NCBI GenBank assembly: GCA_024679065.1
Contig: JAGIQG010000017.1
Coordinates: 32,116,001 to 32,180,000 of the forward strand
Reading direction: 5' to 3'
Source of the DNA: Sphyrna mokarran
Lineage: Eukaryota
Length of the DNA: 64,000 nucleotides
Shown: in pieces, positions 27,229 through 40,700 of the stretch
Layout: each line of letters begins with the position of its first letter
How positions within the stretch are numbered: position 1 is the stretch's first letter
Translations under genes and position numbers: made by a program
Notes under the pieces: generated by a model
The model's input: the letters and a program-made list of their open reading frames with translations, nothing else
What the model was told of the DNA's origin: nothing
Databases searched by the model: none

Positions 27229-27540
27229 AGGTGGCACAAAGGAACATTGTTGCCTCACAGTGCCAGAAATCCAGATTCATTTCTGGCCTCGGGTAACTGA
27301 CTGTATGGAGTTTGCACGTGGTCTCCATGTCTGTGTGCATTTCCTCTGAGTGCTCTGGTTTCCTCCCACAGCCCAAAGTTGTGTGGGTTAGGTCGATTGG
27401 CCATCCTCAATTGCCCCATAACATCACAGAGATTAGCAGGGTAAATATGTGGGATTATAGGATGGGGTCTGGGTTGGATTGTTGTTGGTCCAGGCTCAAT
27501 GGGCCAAATGGCTTCCTTTTGCACTGTTGGGACTCTGATT
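27229..27540 (+). mobile_element. HE1-like V-SINE
   Basis: tRNA-like head (gcctcacagtgccag), V-domain ggagtttgcac...ctctggtttcctcccacag, and a CR1-derived tail. Confidence 0.85.
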
Positions 27541-30040
27541 CCCTGTTTCTGACTGTAAGGGACCTACATTTGTCTTTACCAATCCTTTTCTCCTTGCACA
27601 CATGTAGACTTCAGTTGGTTGAAGCTATAGTCCATATTAATTAATTTTGTAGGAAAAATCCAAAAATACCTTTGGTGATGTAAGATCATTCCCAGCCCTT
27701 GGATGGGAATTGCAATTAGCCCCATTTTTTCTAAGCAATTGAATGCGCTGCATGCAGTGCAAAGGGCAGTTATCAAGGCAAAAGTTTCAGAGAAAGTTTA
27801 GCAAAACTTATAAGGCCATTAGAAATAAATTATAATCCAGGGACATTATATATTACAAAAGAGAAGGGGCAAAAATGGGGAAAGGCCAGGTAAGTTTATA
27901 GGTCATGATGGAAAAATTTTACATTGTAATTTTACAATATAGCAATCAGTTCAGTTAAGGCTACATTCTTTGGGGCTAATTAGCACTGATTATACATGTT
28001 TGAATCTGAACAAACACCATGCACTTCATGTAAGCATATGTTGTAAAATTATGAGGAACAGAATATGGCATATAAGAGGCTGACTACATATGGACAAAAT
28101 GATACTGAAGTATAGAATAAGTTAATTCCTCAAACTTGGCACTAGAGCAACATCTATGCCAGTAAGGGATCAGTGATGCCACCTTTATTGGGAGAGCAGG
28201 AGAAGTCACTGGCACATATTAAACATTTGCCAGATATGTGAAATGAGGGACAGAAAGTAAGGCACATGGATTGGCAAAATGAAGAAATGATGTGGAATGC
28301 CAGAAAACGCAGGGAGAGTTCTGAAACTGGATAAAGTCATACCATGGGAAACATTTATGGATTTGTAAAAGGGATTCTGTTTTTCAGACAGAATTCATGT
28401 AGCAGTTGACTAGAAGCAATTAAGAGAGTCAGTAGAGATCATAATTTGTTTGACATGAACAAGGGCCATAGAATATGCATGGAATGGAACTGGAAGCATA
28501 AGCCCTCATTTTCAAGAGGTTTTAGTGGCTACTACAAGTTAGAAGATAAGTTAATAAAGGATGCCAAACAAAAAGAGAGAGAATTTGACATATACACTGA
28601 AATACCAGATTGGGCCAGCCAAACATATCATGCAGGTGGATATGTGCAAAAAAGGTATAAAAAAATAAAAATTATCAAACTCATGGATATACACAATACA
28701 AGCAACTTTCCTTGCACTGGTCTCAGCCTTCCACAGTTCTGCAAAACCATGTTCCCTCCGCACTGCTTACTAGATTTGTCTGTTCCTGTACCTCACTTAA
28801 GTCCTCAATACCTACATGACCATGTGATCACCCAGGATTGGTTGAAAGGAATTAAGGGTTATGATGAGCAGACAGGTAAGCGGAGCAGAGTCCACAAAAA
28901 GATCAGGCATGATCTTATTGAATAGTGGAGCAGACTTGAGGGGCCAGATGGACTACCCCTGCTCCTAATTCTTATGCTCTTATGAAAACTCTTAGGTAAC
29001 TGCCATTTTTGATTAACTGGCACTTATTCCCCATTTACATCAAGTAATGAAAAATTTACTGTACTTGTGATCTTAGACAAAATTATTTGCAGTAGCATAT
29101 TTTCCCACTCCTGTATAATGTGCTCAAAAGCTCTATCTTTTCTCCCTCTTATTTTTTATTTACATGATGCCCTTTGGCAACAGTATCCAAAGATGTTAGT
29201 TTCAACATTTACACTGATTATGCACTGCTCAGCCTCGCCACCACCCCTCTCGGCTATGCCTAAGTTGTCTGACTACTAGTTTGATGTTTAGTACTGGATG
29301 AGCAAAATGGTCCCACAATTAAGTATTGGGAGGCCCGAAGGCATTATCTTTGTTGCCCATCACGTACTCGTTTCCCTAGCCACCAAGTCCATCCTCTTCC
29401 TGGCAACTCACTGAGCAGCTTGGACTGTTCCCAATCTTGGTGTTATATTTGACAATCACATGATTGCACCATTGCAAAGACTGCCCATTCCCAGAATAAA
29501 AATGATAGCAATTACCCCAAGAATTAGGGCAGAAAAAAAGATTTTTGAGAAATTGTATTAGATTTTGTCACCTTTAAAAATCATTAGTTCAAGGGATATC
29601 TAATTTTCCATTTGATGTTGTGCACGCAAAGGTAGGGAAGCAAAGTTCAATCTGCAATAATACATCTGTGGAGTAGTTCATAGGAAAAGTTGAAGTAAAA
29701 AGAAGTGAATATTTTTAGCATGCAGACTTTCTGAATAGATAAAAAAAACCCGATGAAATGTAGCTGCACCAGCACTTATCATTATTTGGGTGATTGTGGC
29801 CTTGTATTGGGCTAATACTGTTATCAAATTTGTCTAAAATTGCATAGTTAGCACAGTGATGGTCTAATAGGTTAGAAAGGCCATTTGGAATCTCAGAGCT
29901 TTCTCTGCCCTTTTAAGAGTAGCCCTTCAGGCCCAGGCAAGCTCCAATATTCCGGGTTAATGGTAATGGCCAATGGCAAAAGTAACAAATTTCTAGTGAT
30001 GGCTGAAGGGCTGGAAACTGCAAGGCCAATGATAATGTAC

Positions 30041-30280
30041 ACATGGAAGATTTTTCAGGAAGAGGACTTATGTTTTCACGAAGGATGCATAGAGAGGACA
30101 GTGAGGAACTACTTCATGTCTTTTTCCTAATCATGTTATTTTGAACATGGAAGGCTCTCAAGAAGAGGACTTACGTTTTCATGAAGGACATATAGAGAAG
30201 ACAAAGAGGAACTACTTCATGTATTCTTTTCCTAATCATGATGCTCATTGATCATTGATGTTGAACATGGAAGGCTGTCA
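30041..30280 (+). repeat. Tandem duplication, unit about 104-120 bp, about 2.1 copies
   Basis: acatggaag...gaagaggactta.gttttca.gaagga...gaggaactacttcatgt...ttttcctaatcatg starts at 30041 and 30145, and again (partial) at 30265. Confidence 0.9.
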
Positions 30281-31026
30281 TGAGCAAATAAAGAGGAAAG
30301 CTCAGGATCTTGAGACATGCAGAAATATATGGTAATATTATAACATCATTCACATAGCTCCCCTGAAGAAATCATGCTTGACCTTCTCAGTTTCCTACCT
30401 TCATCAGTGACCTGCACATTTGTGATATGTTTGCCTAAAACAACACCCAGTCTGAAAGTTGAGTAGTAATTGAATTGCTATGAGTACTAAGAAATAGATT
30501 TAGTCTGGGGCTAGTTTTATTTTATAATTTCATTGAAAAATAATGATTACAAATCCGTGATCATACTTACTCAATCAAAGTGTTATGATTTTATCTTGTA
30601 ATGCAGTTTACTCTACATCTTTAGCTTAGTAATCTTTGCCAAGATAAAGACATCTCCTAGATTTCTGGGAACACTACAAGAAGAATGGGATTCTTTAAAG
30701 CTACTGCTAAATTAGCACTTTCCAATCTTCCCCTTCTTCTTGAAAATCCTCCATATGTATTTACATGAAAACATTTTTAGATCATCAGTCATAAATTCAC
30801 TAGTTTACAGGAGCATAGATTTGAATATCTTTGCAGTAAATACATATGTTTATGTAATTATGGAATTGTTTATGGTTTTAATTGTTTGTGTCTGTCGTTA
30901 GAGTATTGTCTCAGTAAAAGAGTTTTTTTTAAGTAGTTGCTGAATATTCTAAGTGCATCAAATGCGATCTTTTTGTTGTTTGTAGGGTACAGGGAAGAAC
31001 ATGGTTCTCATACTTCATCCATCATT

Positions 31027-31345
31027 GGGTGGCATGGAAGCACAGTGATTAGCACTGCTGCTTCACAGCTCCATGACCTGGGTTCGATTCCTGGCTTGGG
31101 TCACTGTATGCGTAGAGTTTGCACATTCTCCTGGTGTCTGCATGAGTTTCCTGCGGGTTCTCCGGTTTCCTCCCACAGACCAAAAATGTGCGTGTTAAAA
31201 TTGCCTTAGTGTCCTGAGATGCGTAGGTTAGAAGGATTAGTGGGTAAAATATGTAGGGATATGGGGGTAGGCCCTGGATGGGATTGTGATCGTGCGGACT
31301 TGATAAGCTGAATGGTCTCTTTTTGTACTGTAGGGTATCTATGAT
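31027..31345 (+). mobile_element. HE1-like V-SINE
   Basis: gggtggcatgg..cacagtgattagcactgctgcttcacag...gggttcgattcc (B box)...ctccggtttcctcccacag. Confidence 0.88.
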
Positions 31346-31649
31346 GATAACATTTAAAATGTACATTTCTAAATAAAAGAGACATGAAATGGCAGCAATG
31401 TTAAAGATCACATTTTTACAATTATCACTAAAGAGCAGGATAAAATTGCAGTAAGTATTGCAGAACTCACTCACAGCCAAAGATATAGAAATACCCCAGC
31501 AATTGCACAATTTCATCTGCAGATGATTTCAAAGTGCAATGTTAACAGAAAGGTAAATTAAATTCTTCCAAACTCATATCTTAAAAAGTTCATAACAATT
31601 GTCAGGAAAGATAACAGACCTGATTGAATCTCTGTATAAGTCTATTTAT

Positions 31650-31821
31650 GTTAAACTGGGGTGGGCACAGTAAGAAGTCTCATACTAGGTTAAAGTCCAA
31701 CAGATTTATTTGGAATCATGAGCTTTTAGAACGCTCACCTGATGAAGGAGCAGCACTTCGAAAGCTTGTGATTGTAAATAATCCTGTTGGACATAAACAT
31801 GGTGTTGTGAGGCTTCTTGCT
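31650..31821. mobile_element. Diverged fold-back PLE-type element with a hammerhead core in the loop
   Basis: Imperfect arms at about 31668-31726 and 31761-31821. TCAC-CTGATGA-A-GGAG-CAGCA-CTTC-GAAA-GCTT-GTGA at 31735-31771 gives a 4-bp stem I and a 4-bp stem II. Confidence 0.75.
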
Positions 31822-32859
31822 ATCTTTTGTATGATGAACATAAAGAACGGAAGCACATCTAAAAGAAAATTAAAGTGTTGCTTTGTGACTGAAAATGTTA
31901 TATCACAAATAAAGCAGTCAAAGCTTGGGCAATGAGACTACAAGGAACCCACTCTCTGAGAAACATTATTTGCAATTCATTATGAGCTTCATGTTTATAA
32001 TAGCTCTTGGGCTCGTAGATCAGCAAAGATAAATCATGTATGATTACACTATTTAGCAGACAATCCTATAATGCAACTATGTAGAATTGGAGAACCACAA
32101 GATTAAATGATACATAAAAAGAAAAGGTCAACCTTTAAATTCCCAGTTATTTTCAACAATAGTAATTCTTACTGTCATTCGATTTTGCTGAACGATTTTT
32201 TTACAAATCTACATTTTTTCTACATTTTTTTCTTACTGTAATGTTTAAGTTATTTTTCTCGCTCACCTTGAAACTTAAATGTTCAGTTTACCATCATAAT
32301 CCTTCAGAAATATTCTTGGCATTTTATAAACTACATCACAATGGAAAATGATTGAACAAATTGTATTACAATGACTGTAAAACATACATTATTTCACAAG
32401 AATATAGCTTGTATTATGGCTGAATAAACTTGGCAATGCAAGATAATTTCATATTTCATTGCTAATTTTGAAAAGGATTATGTGCTCAAGATTCAGCTCC
32501 TCCATGCTATCAAACTAAACACTATAATGTAGTACAGCTAATTTGAATAGGAATCTATTAAAAACCAAATATTGTGAAGATGATGTTATAATTGCTGAGG
32601 GACAGTGTGTAACACAGCTCACAACTTTAATGGAATGCATTGTAAGAGTAGTAGGAAGATTTATATTTGGTGAGACTAGGGAGTCAGTGCAAGATATGTT
32701 TGTATATGTTTGAGGCAGTAAACATTTAAAGTTAGGAATGTATAATTAATATTTTAAAAATTAATTTCAACTAGTTAAACAAATGAATTTTAAAACACTA
32801 TCTAAAGCACACAAATTATAATTATATACTAAAGATGGGTAGTTAGGAATAGTAATGCA

Positions 32860-33960
32860 GGAGATGTGCTACATTTGCTGCATGCTGTAGTTTGCGAGAG
32901 CAGCGTGATCCATGGCACCTGCCTCAAGTAAGTATGTACAACTGGAGGAATTTTGTTTGAGTTGTTGAGTTTGAGGTGTAGACGTTGTAGTGCATTAGGG
33001 AGGGGTGGAGTTTGCTGATAGTTTTCTTCGAGGAAATAGTTACATCCCTTTAGTGTGGTTGTGGTTTAAGTTAGTTTGTAGTTAGGGAAAGAGTGACTGC
33101 ATCTCGGAGATAAGGGGCCTGAAGATGCATTGACAAAGGAGCTTTGGCCTTTGCCATTGTCCAACTTGGATGAGATACCTGCTACTCGTATGGAAAAGAA
33201 TAAAGATTGCAAGATGAATGGGCAAATGAACCATAGCACCATGGTGCAGGAGTTCACTTATGTTGTAATGTTAGAGATCAGTATGGTCAAGGAAATAGTA
33301 CCCAGTACTAGAGTTAAGGGCATCTCCTCATGGCTGGAAAACTTGAAGACGTGTGAAGGATCTAACTGTTGAGATTCACATAGAAACCAATGAGTTAGGT
33401 TTAACTATGAATGAGGTTCTGCTGAAGGAGCTTGAGCAGCTAGAATCAAAATTTAAAAGCAGAACCTTAAAAGTAATAACCTTGGTTCTGGAGATACTGT
33501 TCTGGCGAATTGAAGAACTGGCCTGGAATTCAGACTCTAAATTGATTTAAAGGGGGGAAAAAAAAGTTTGAATAGGAGGTCAATTTAAAAGTCTGAAGAG
33601 AGAAGTCAAATATGTAGAGAATGGTAGCAATTGGGGTAAAATCAACAGAAAGTAGCAGGAGGTGGAATGCTTACTGCACTTCTGTCAATTTCTCGAGATG
33701 AGCCACACCGTGTTCCGTGCTGCTGCCCATTTGTGATGTAGCTACGCAAACGAGTTTTTCCCCCAAAAGTTTAATAATGGTAATAATGCATTGGAGACTA
33801 AAGTAATGTCAGGAAAAATTGTAAAAAAAATTTAAAGACCCTATATCTGAACTACACAAGCATTCATAACAAGATTAATGAATCTTGATCCTAGAGGACC
33901 ATAGAGAAAAATGAATTTGATTTATTATGTGTTACTGAGACATAGTAGCAAAGTGAAGGT
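32860..33960 (+). mobile_element. Degraded CR1 5' region (ORF1 esterase-like domain and start of the ORF2 endonuclease)
   Basis: PLSN, PSTRVKGISSWLE, VEIHIETNELG (compare VVHVGTND), KFKSRTLKVI, and LYLNYTSIHNKINE at about 33841. Confidence 0.65.
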
Positions 33961-34049
33961 TGGGAACTAAGACCCAAATTTTTGCAGAGTATGGTTGATT
34001 CCACAAGAATTTAAAAATGGTGGGCAGGATCCGACACTCTGATTTCTGC

Positions 34050-34165
34050 CTCAATTTTTTATGATGTAAAGATGCCGGCGTTGGACTGGGGTAGTAAGAA
34101 TTTAGCAACAATAAATCGGTTGGATTTAAAATTGGTGTTGCTAAATTCTTACTCAATTTTTTATG
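34050..34165. mobile_element. Short derivative of the 8.1-kb fold-back element, with a 14-bp TSD and no ribozyme core
   Basis: ctcaattttttatg at 34050-34063 and 34152-34165. Same tail atgtaaagatgccggcgttgga. Perfect 18-bp inverted arms 34093-34110 and 34136-34153. Confidence 0.85.
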
Positions 34166-36604
34166 CCAGCAGTTTTCATTGGTGCGTAACAAGGGTGAGA
34201 GTAGTAAACATCCATTCAGATCAGTTCCACTGCATCTTGTTGCTTACCACCCCCATTTCATAAATTTTTTGTGATGTTGGGCAAGCTTTTGAATGATTTG
34301 TAATTCATTGCCCCCAAAGGAATTGTGAACCATAGTCTGGACTTAGGAACCTTCTGAAAGAAAGATTAAAGGTCTTATCCATGCCCCTGTTCCCCTTTGT
34401 GCCTTCAGTTAGACTTGTATCTCTGATGTCCACTTACCATATGTACAATATAATAAGAGTATCAAGTCCTGAAATGTTGAGGAAAATAAAACACCCACTT
34501 CGAAATCTACTTCGAAAGTATTGCTGTTCTTATAACTCTATAAAAATGTCAATCATACAGAGGCATTTATTATCCCAATACCAGAAGCTCTCCCTTACTT
34601 CATACCTTTTAATGCATTCCAAATAAACATACATTACTTGACAAAACAGAACAAAGAAATACTACATTTTCTATAGGTATCTTTGAGGTTACAATCAAAG
34701 CAAACATTCCACTTCCACTCGACCAAAACAGAACCTTTGCTAAGCAAATCTATTTGTGAATCTTAAGAGTTTAGACAAACATTTATAATGAGGCTGTTTG
34801 GAATAACATACACCTGGCCATCTTTTTTTGGTGATAAAATTCCAAACAGCTATGTCTCATTGATAGTTTTATAGGGTTGTCAGAACAGCAATCAGTTTTC
34901 AGATTTCCGAATTGGTGTTTTCTTTAAGCATTTTAGGACATTTTATTGGATAATTCAATGGTTCTGTACATCACGCATACATGGTGACTGGGCTTGAGGG
35001 GCATGAGAAGTGAGTGAAGAGTGAACGTTAGAGGACTATTTAAACAATTGGAACAAAACCTTGAAGTGGGCCTTCCAACCAACCTGACCTCATAACTGCC
35101 ACTGATCTGCTTCCAGGGCTGATGGGCCTGATTTGGTCCTGCCCCTCCTCCCTTGGATCAAAAATTGTGTGCGCGTGACTGGGCCCTTTATATCTGCCAA
35201 GTCAGAAGATTTCTGACTCAAAACTACCTTCAGTAGTGAAAATCTGGCCTTAAATATGCTATGGAATGTGACTTTTGGAAATGGTAAACTAAAAGGAAAG
35301 GGAGAGGTGTGGAGCAAAGTTAATAGACCAGCATGTAGCTAGCAGAATATTTAAGGTAGAACATAGATTTAGTATATTTGGATTTTCAGAGTGGACATTT
35401 AGGGACTGGGATTTTAGTTTCATTTTTTAACAAAGCTTACCAGTGCATGAATTTTATTTATTAGATGATTACATGAACTTACCAACTTGATGGGCAAGGT
35501 CCGGAATTGATATAGTGGCATAGTAAATAACTGTCAGCTTTGTGGACTGTCTTTCTCTCACTTAGTTGTCTTGTGGCCCTTGATCCCACCAAACAGCCCA
35601 ACCCAAAACAGGCAGGACCTGAAATCCAGCATGGACTTAGACCTATGGTTATCTTCTTTGAGATATTATACCATATGTTAAGCCTATATCTGCAATGATT
35701 TGAATTTTATATCTCGTGTATAAATCTGTCCAGGTGGTATCTCTTTCACTAACAAAAATGTTGAACTGTATGTTAAAACTAACATAAGTTGGCAATAAAG
35801 GAGAGCTTTAACTTTGAAACATTCCATACCTTGGCATATTGAGTTATCTTCGAAGTGTTAACCAGTTTTTCGACAAACCATCAAACTATAGAATCCCTAT
35901 AGTCCTGAAAGAGGCCATCTCATCACTGATTCTGTACTGACTCTTTGAAAGCATTCCATCCAGGCCCTTCCTCTATGCTTTATCTCTTTAACCCTGCACA
36001 TTTACCATGGCTAATCTATCTAACCTACACATATGTTTTATCATATTAGTATTCAAATTGTCTAGAGGGAAAATTAATTAGTTTAAGAATTCTAAGCACT
36101 GCTTTATCATTTATTAAGGGAACAGACTGATGTACTTGAACAATCAGCACAAAATTGATACACGTGTGCTGCAGCTTTCATTCTGTATCACTTGAAGTAG
36201 TTGACAGTGCTGTAAGAGGGATATCAATTCTTGGCAAGTTTCCTTGATCCTTCCAGTTTTAAAATTAACTGCTTCATTGCATTTCTCATTGAAGTTCTTA
36301 GATTTGTTACCTGCACTCGCGTTGTATCATTGCTTTTCAGTTAACTTCCATACTGAAAAACTGCATTGATTAAGCCTCTTTCAGCATGTTAGATAACAAA
36401 AATCACAGCTTAGTGGTATCAGTTTGAATGGGCAATCGTTTACATGTTGAGTTCTTTATGAGGACTGACCATGAACACAGATTAGGCATTATAAATTAAT
36501 TATTGATTGCTTTATTGCAGCCTTTTGTGATCATGTTATTTGCAGGAGAACTCAAGATCATTAGAAATGGGACTTTCTTTCCACACGAGGAGTATCGAGC
36601 TATA

Positions 36605-36798
36605 ACTACCCCTGACACTAATGAACAATTTAGCATGACCAATAACCTAATCTGTACATCTTTGGACTGTAGGAGGACACCCATGCAAACATGAGGAGAG
36701 TGTGAAAACTTCACACAGACAGTGACCCAAGGCCGGAATTGAACCTGGGTCCCTGTCACTGTGAGGCAGCAATGCTAACCACTGTACTACCATGCCAT
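36605..36798 (-). mobile_element. HE1-like V-SINE (partial)
   Basis: Reverse complement of the same head: ggaattgaacctggg...gtgaggcagcaatgctaaccactgt. Confidence 0.8.
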
Positions 36799-37661
36799 CT
36801 CAATATGTTTTCTGCTTCTACTGTCTTAGACAGAATGAAATAGTTTGTCAGAGCACAGTAGTATTATGTGTAGTTCGTACATAAAACTAAAAACACCATG
36901 ATCCTATCCCTCCACCCTGTCATTTGGGTTTCTCTCTAATGTTCCTTTCCAAAGTTGAAATTTTTTTTTTGTACTGTGACAACATAGCTGGAAACAGTAT
37001 TTTAAGTGAGGTCACACAAATGATTTATAAAGTGGCAGGATTACCTCATTATCTCAGTTCAGTATTGACCTTGTACCGCATCTCAACAACATTGCTGCAG
37101 ATTATTTATAATCTGATATTTACAATGCAAGAGCATTTTTAAATTATTCTTATTCCAGAGAGACTGTGGCTTTCGTTTCAGCTTATGGTTAGGAAAAATG
37201 ACATGGAAAGCAGTGATTCATGTTGTAGCAAATCACCATTTTTCCAGTATTTTTAAATAATTATTAAGAGCAGAAAGATAGCACTGGATTTTATAAACTG
37301 TGTAGGGATGGGCTGGGAAGCAGATGAGTCTGTAAAATGGCATGGGATATTAGAGTTTGAAGTGCCCTTGCTATCCTGTCAGTATAGCATTTTACAGTGA
37401 TGAAGGTGAAGGACTACCCTCCTATCAAGAGGTCTAATTGCATCACTTGTTATAAATATCTAAATCATAGTTCATGTTAATATTTTAGAAATAATGTTTT
37501 GGCAAGATTAAAGTTTAACTGTAGAAAATGGGATAAATGCAAATAACTAGTTTGGAGACTATTACAGTCAAAAGGTGAGGTCATGTTGACTTAAGGGATT
37601 AACTGCGAGAAGGGTAAGATCCTAAAACAGGTGTGCTTACTTAGCTAAAGAGCTAGAAATG

Positions 37662-37790
37662 TGGGGGCGAATTTTGACATTCCACTCTCTCCAGGAATCG
37701 TAGTGGGCGAGGGGAGGACCATGGAAAGGTCCATTGATTTCAGGCAGGATTTTCCAGTTTCAGGACGAGCGTGGCCGGAAAATCCCACCT
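37662..37790. mobile_element. Short MITE-like element (GGG(C)GxAxTTT...AAAATCCCxCC termini)
   Basis: gggggcgaatttt...ggaaaatcccacc. A similar body (aaaggtccattga) is at 20843-20963. Related termini at 6203-6558, 40139-40262 and 61878-62082. Confidence 0.55.
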
Positions 37791-40700
37791 ATGACGTTTT
37801 TGCTGCTTGCAAAGAAGTGTAGTCCGAAGAGTTGTTTGTTTTGGAATTTGGTGCTAAGTTAGTTTAAAATCATTCAGTCAACAATGAAATGCTACACTAC
37901 CCTGGAGATGATTGGAATATAAGGTTCTTTGCTTTCAATATATCAGTGTATTTTCTGAGCATTTTGAAGCAGGTGAAGGGGTGCCACACTAAAAATGTGC
38001 TGCTGTTAGCAGGCTGTAGGCAGTTAGAGCACAGAATAAGATTTGGGAACATTTGGTAAGGCTGTTAATTGCAATTTGGACTTTGTGTGGTTTGCAGCTC
38101 CCAAAGAGGCCCTGGGAGCTGATCTGTGCGGATGTGGTTCAAGGGAATTCCTGGGGAGTTGACAGAGTGGTAGAAGTCTATTCAAAGCAGTTAAGACTCA
38201 TTGTTGTAACTGAGAGACTGAAGTTCATAAAGATCCAGTGAATCTAGAGAATCTAAATAATTTAAGGTATACTGATAATTGGAGGTGGGAGTGCAGCTTC
38301 CTGAATCCGTCTCAAGAGATGAAAGTGAAGCATTGTGAGTTGAGCAGTCCTTGATGAATTGAAGTGGCTTTTGAATAAATTCAGAGGCCAGATCTTTGAA
38401 AGTGAGGATTTGATGTTTTGTGAAAGTATCTCCTGTATTTCAAATGTCTTGGGCAAATTTCTGCTGCTTCTAAAAAGCTATAAATTCATTTGTGAGGATA
38501 ACAGAGTTTGAATAAGACATTGTGACTCTCAGTGATCACTGATGTCTGGGAGGGTTGCTGAGAAAATGGGATATGTCTTGGTTACTTTTGCCATTTGATG
38601 TGCAGTGTGGGTTTGACCATGGTTTGCCTGTTTACCCATGATTACCTCTTGTTTATTCTGAATGTTAGAGTATAATAGAGATTGTCGATTGCTTTACTTT
38701 TCAGATTTGTAAAGATTATTTTGTTTGTTTAAAACCATAGAATCTTGTGACTTTATTCTTCCAGTGGGTAACTGATAATTCTCTATTTTGAACAAAATGT
38801 CATTTGTCTGTATTAGAGTGTAACATTCTTAGGTGGCCAATTACAGGTTTCTTCTCAGCACCTCTAGCATTTTATCAATCTGCTTTGTGGAGAGACAGCC
38901 TGGTGAGTCTCAGCAGCCTCTTTGTGGGTTTAATAATTCTTAATCAGACCCATGCTGTTCACCTGGCATTGGCTACCTTTGCAGCTACATGCTATCTGAC
39001 TTCACCAAACATCCATTCCCATCTCCTGCCAGACCTGCCTGATTGACCTCTGCAATTCAAGATTTCACTCTCATACTTATAAGAATGACATCCTCTCCAC
39101 TGAGTGCACTCCCAGCCTCGGCCAGCATTTTCATTGGTGAGGATAACTTCTTTCCCATTGGGTGCAGGCTGAGCCTTGGGTGTTGATGAGACTGAAGAGC
39201 TGCCTGCCTTCTGATTGGTTGGCAGTTGTTGGAGATAGATTCCCGTCTTTTAAAGAGATGGGAGTCCCAGTGACAACTAACTGGTTGTTAGATTGCCTGA
39301 GGTATCCTCAAAGACTTAAATGGTTTCCCATGTCATTCTGGCTGTTTAGGGGAGTTTTGCCATGCTGATTAAACCCAGCCCACAGTTTTAATAAAAAGAC
39401 TGAGGAGGAGAAATTTGTTTGAGTAGACTACTCAGACATATCTTAATTCTCATGTGGAACTGGGCCACTACCTGTGTAATTCACATATACTCTCCATAAG
39501 TATTATTGGAAAAGCCCATGAGAGCTATAGCCATGGAGCTGCTTATCCTGGTGAACCAATGTTAAATCTGGAGTGAACCAAGCTTAAGTCTGCATTGTGC
39601 TACTCTAAGTGGCACAATGTGAAGAAATTTTTTCCAGTTGTTTTTTGGATCAAAGCCTGCTTTCAAATGTGTTATCTATAGGACGGGCATGCTAAAGCAA
39701 TAATAATGCCTCTTTTTAAAAAAGATCAGAAACAATGTGATGAACATGACATGGCCTTATTATTTTCCTTTTTAATCCAAAATGCAGTAAAACCATACTG
39801 CCAGGTTGTTTTATAGAGCAATGACAAACCTTACTTACATTTTAAATAATTCCACAGGTACAAAAAACAGGAAGATAATGACATTGATAGAATTCATGAA
39901 ATGCTAAACTAATTTAGGCAGAACACATTTCTTGCACCCTCAGATATGTTGAAAGGCTTTTGGTGACAGGTTTTTGACTTTCAAATGCTTTGATTTTTGT
40001 GTGGGAGAAGAGATATCCATACCTATTGCACACATCTGAAGTGTTGAAATGCTGGGTATTCTTATCAGGGTTAAGATGCAGCCATATGAATTGGGCCTAC
40101 CACTTAGAACTGATAAAATTCCACAATCAACTCATACAGGCAGGGATTTTCTGATCTCATTTACTCTGCCACTGCTGCCTGCAAGAATATATAATTTGAA
40201 ATTTAGCTAAAACTCCGTTCACAGAGAATCTCAGCCTCAGGCGGGGTTGAAGGATTCTGACCACTGGCACTTTGACTGTCTTTCAGAGCAAGAGAGGCTA
40301 CCAGATGCAAGGAAAGGAGCTTTATCAGTCACCTCATATCTTTTGAAAAATAATTATTGTACATTAGTATAAATGCATTTCAAGCATAATCACTTTATTG
40401 GAAACCAAACCACCTTGTACATTTAATTGTGGAATTTCTAAATGTTGTGTTGTTACCTTTCCAAATGTACAGGATTCCTCTAAAGGTTGTGATTCCGCTT
40501 GCTGCTGGCAGGCACCCAACTTCCTGCTGAATTGGACATTCCCGCTGAGTGGCAAAATCACTCGGCCTGCCTCCTGACCCCAATAAGCTTCCTGTCCCAA
40601 CCTGGCAGAAACACGATAATTATGCAAATCTATTGATTTACATTCCATTAGTGGGCTGGAAGCCGATTCAGCGCCTAACTCCCCAGCCAGAAGTCACACA

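Larger units (their letters stand above)
24625..28660 (+). mobile_element. Degraded Copia (GalEa-like) LTR retrotransposon, split by a CR1 and a SINE
   Basis: LTR-like block of about 200 bp with TATAAAT, ending GTTAACA (24821). PBS-like TGGTATCAAAG at 24823. Gag-like PYAQWKN*VDMWTWVTSSPKKKLALDLAL and EIPSSVLVFKLLD. Post-integrase LNALHA and G-PGK-IGHDGK at 27730-27915. RT-start-like IKDAKQKE..FDIYTEIPD at about 28550-28610. Confidence 0.65.

Noticed and set aside
31716-31772. Alternative type III hammerhead using the left arm as stem III
   Set aside because: No stem I can form between 31726 and 31738. The pairing simply reflects the inversion.
37448-38825. Possible solo LTR (TGTTA...TAACA)
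   Set aside because: No matching TSD or PBS/PPT was seen, so the boundaries cannot be supported.
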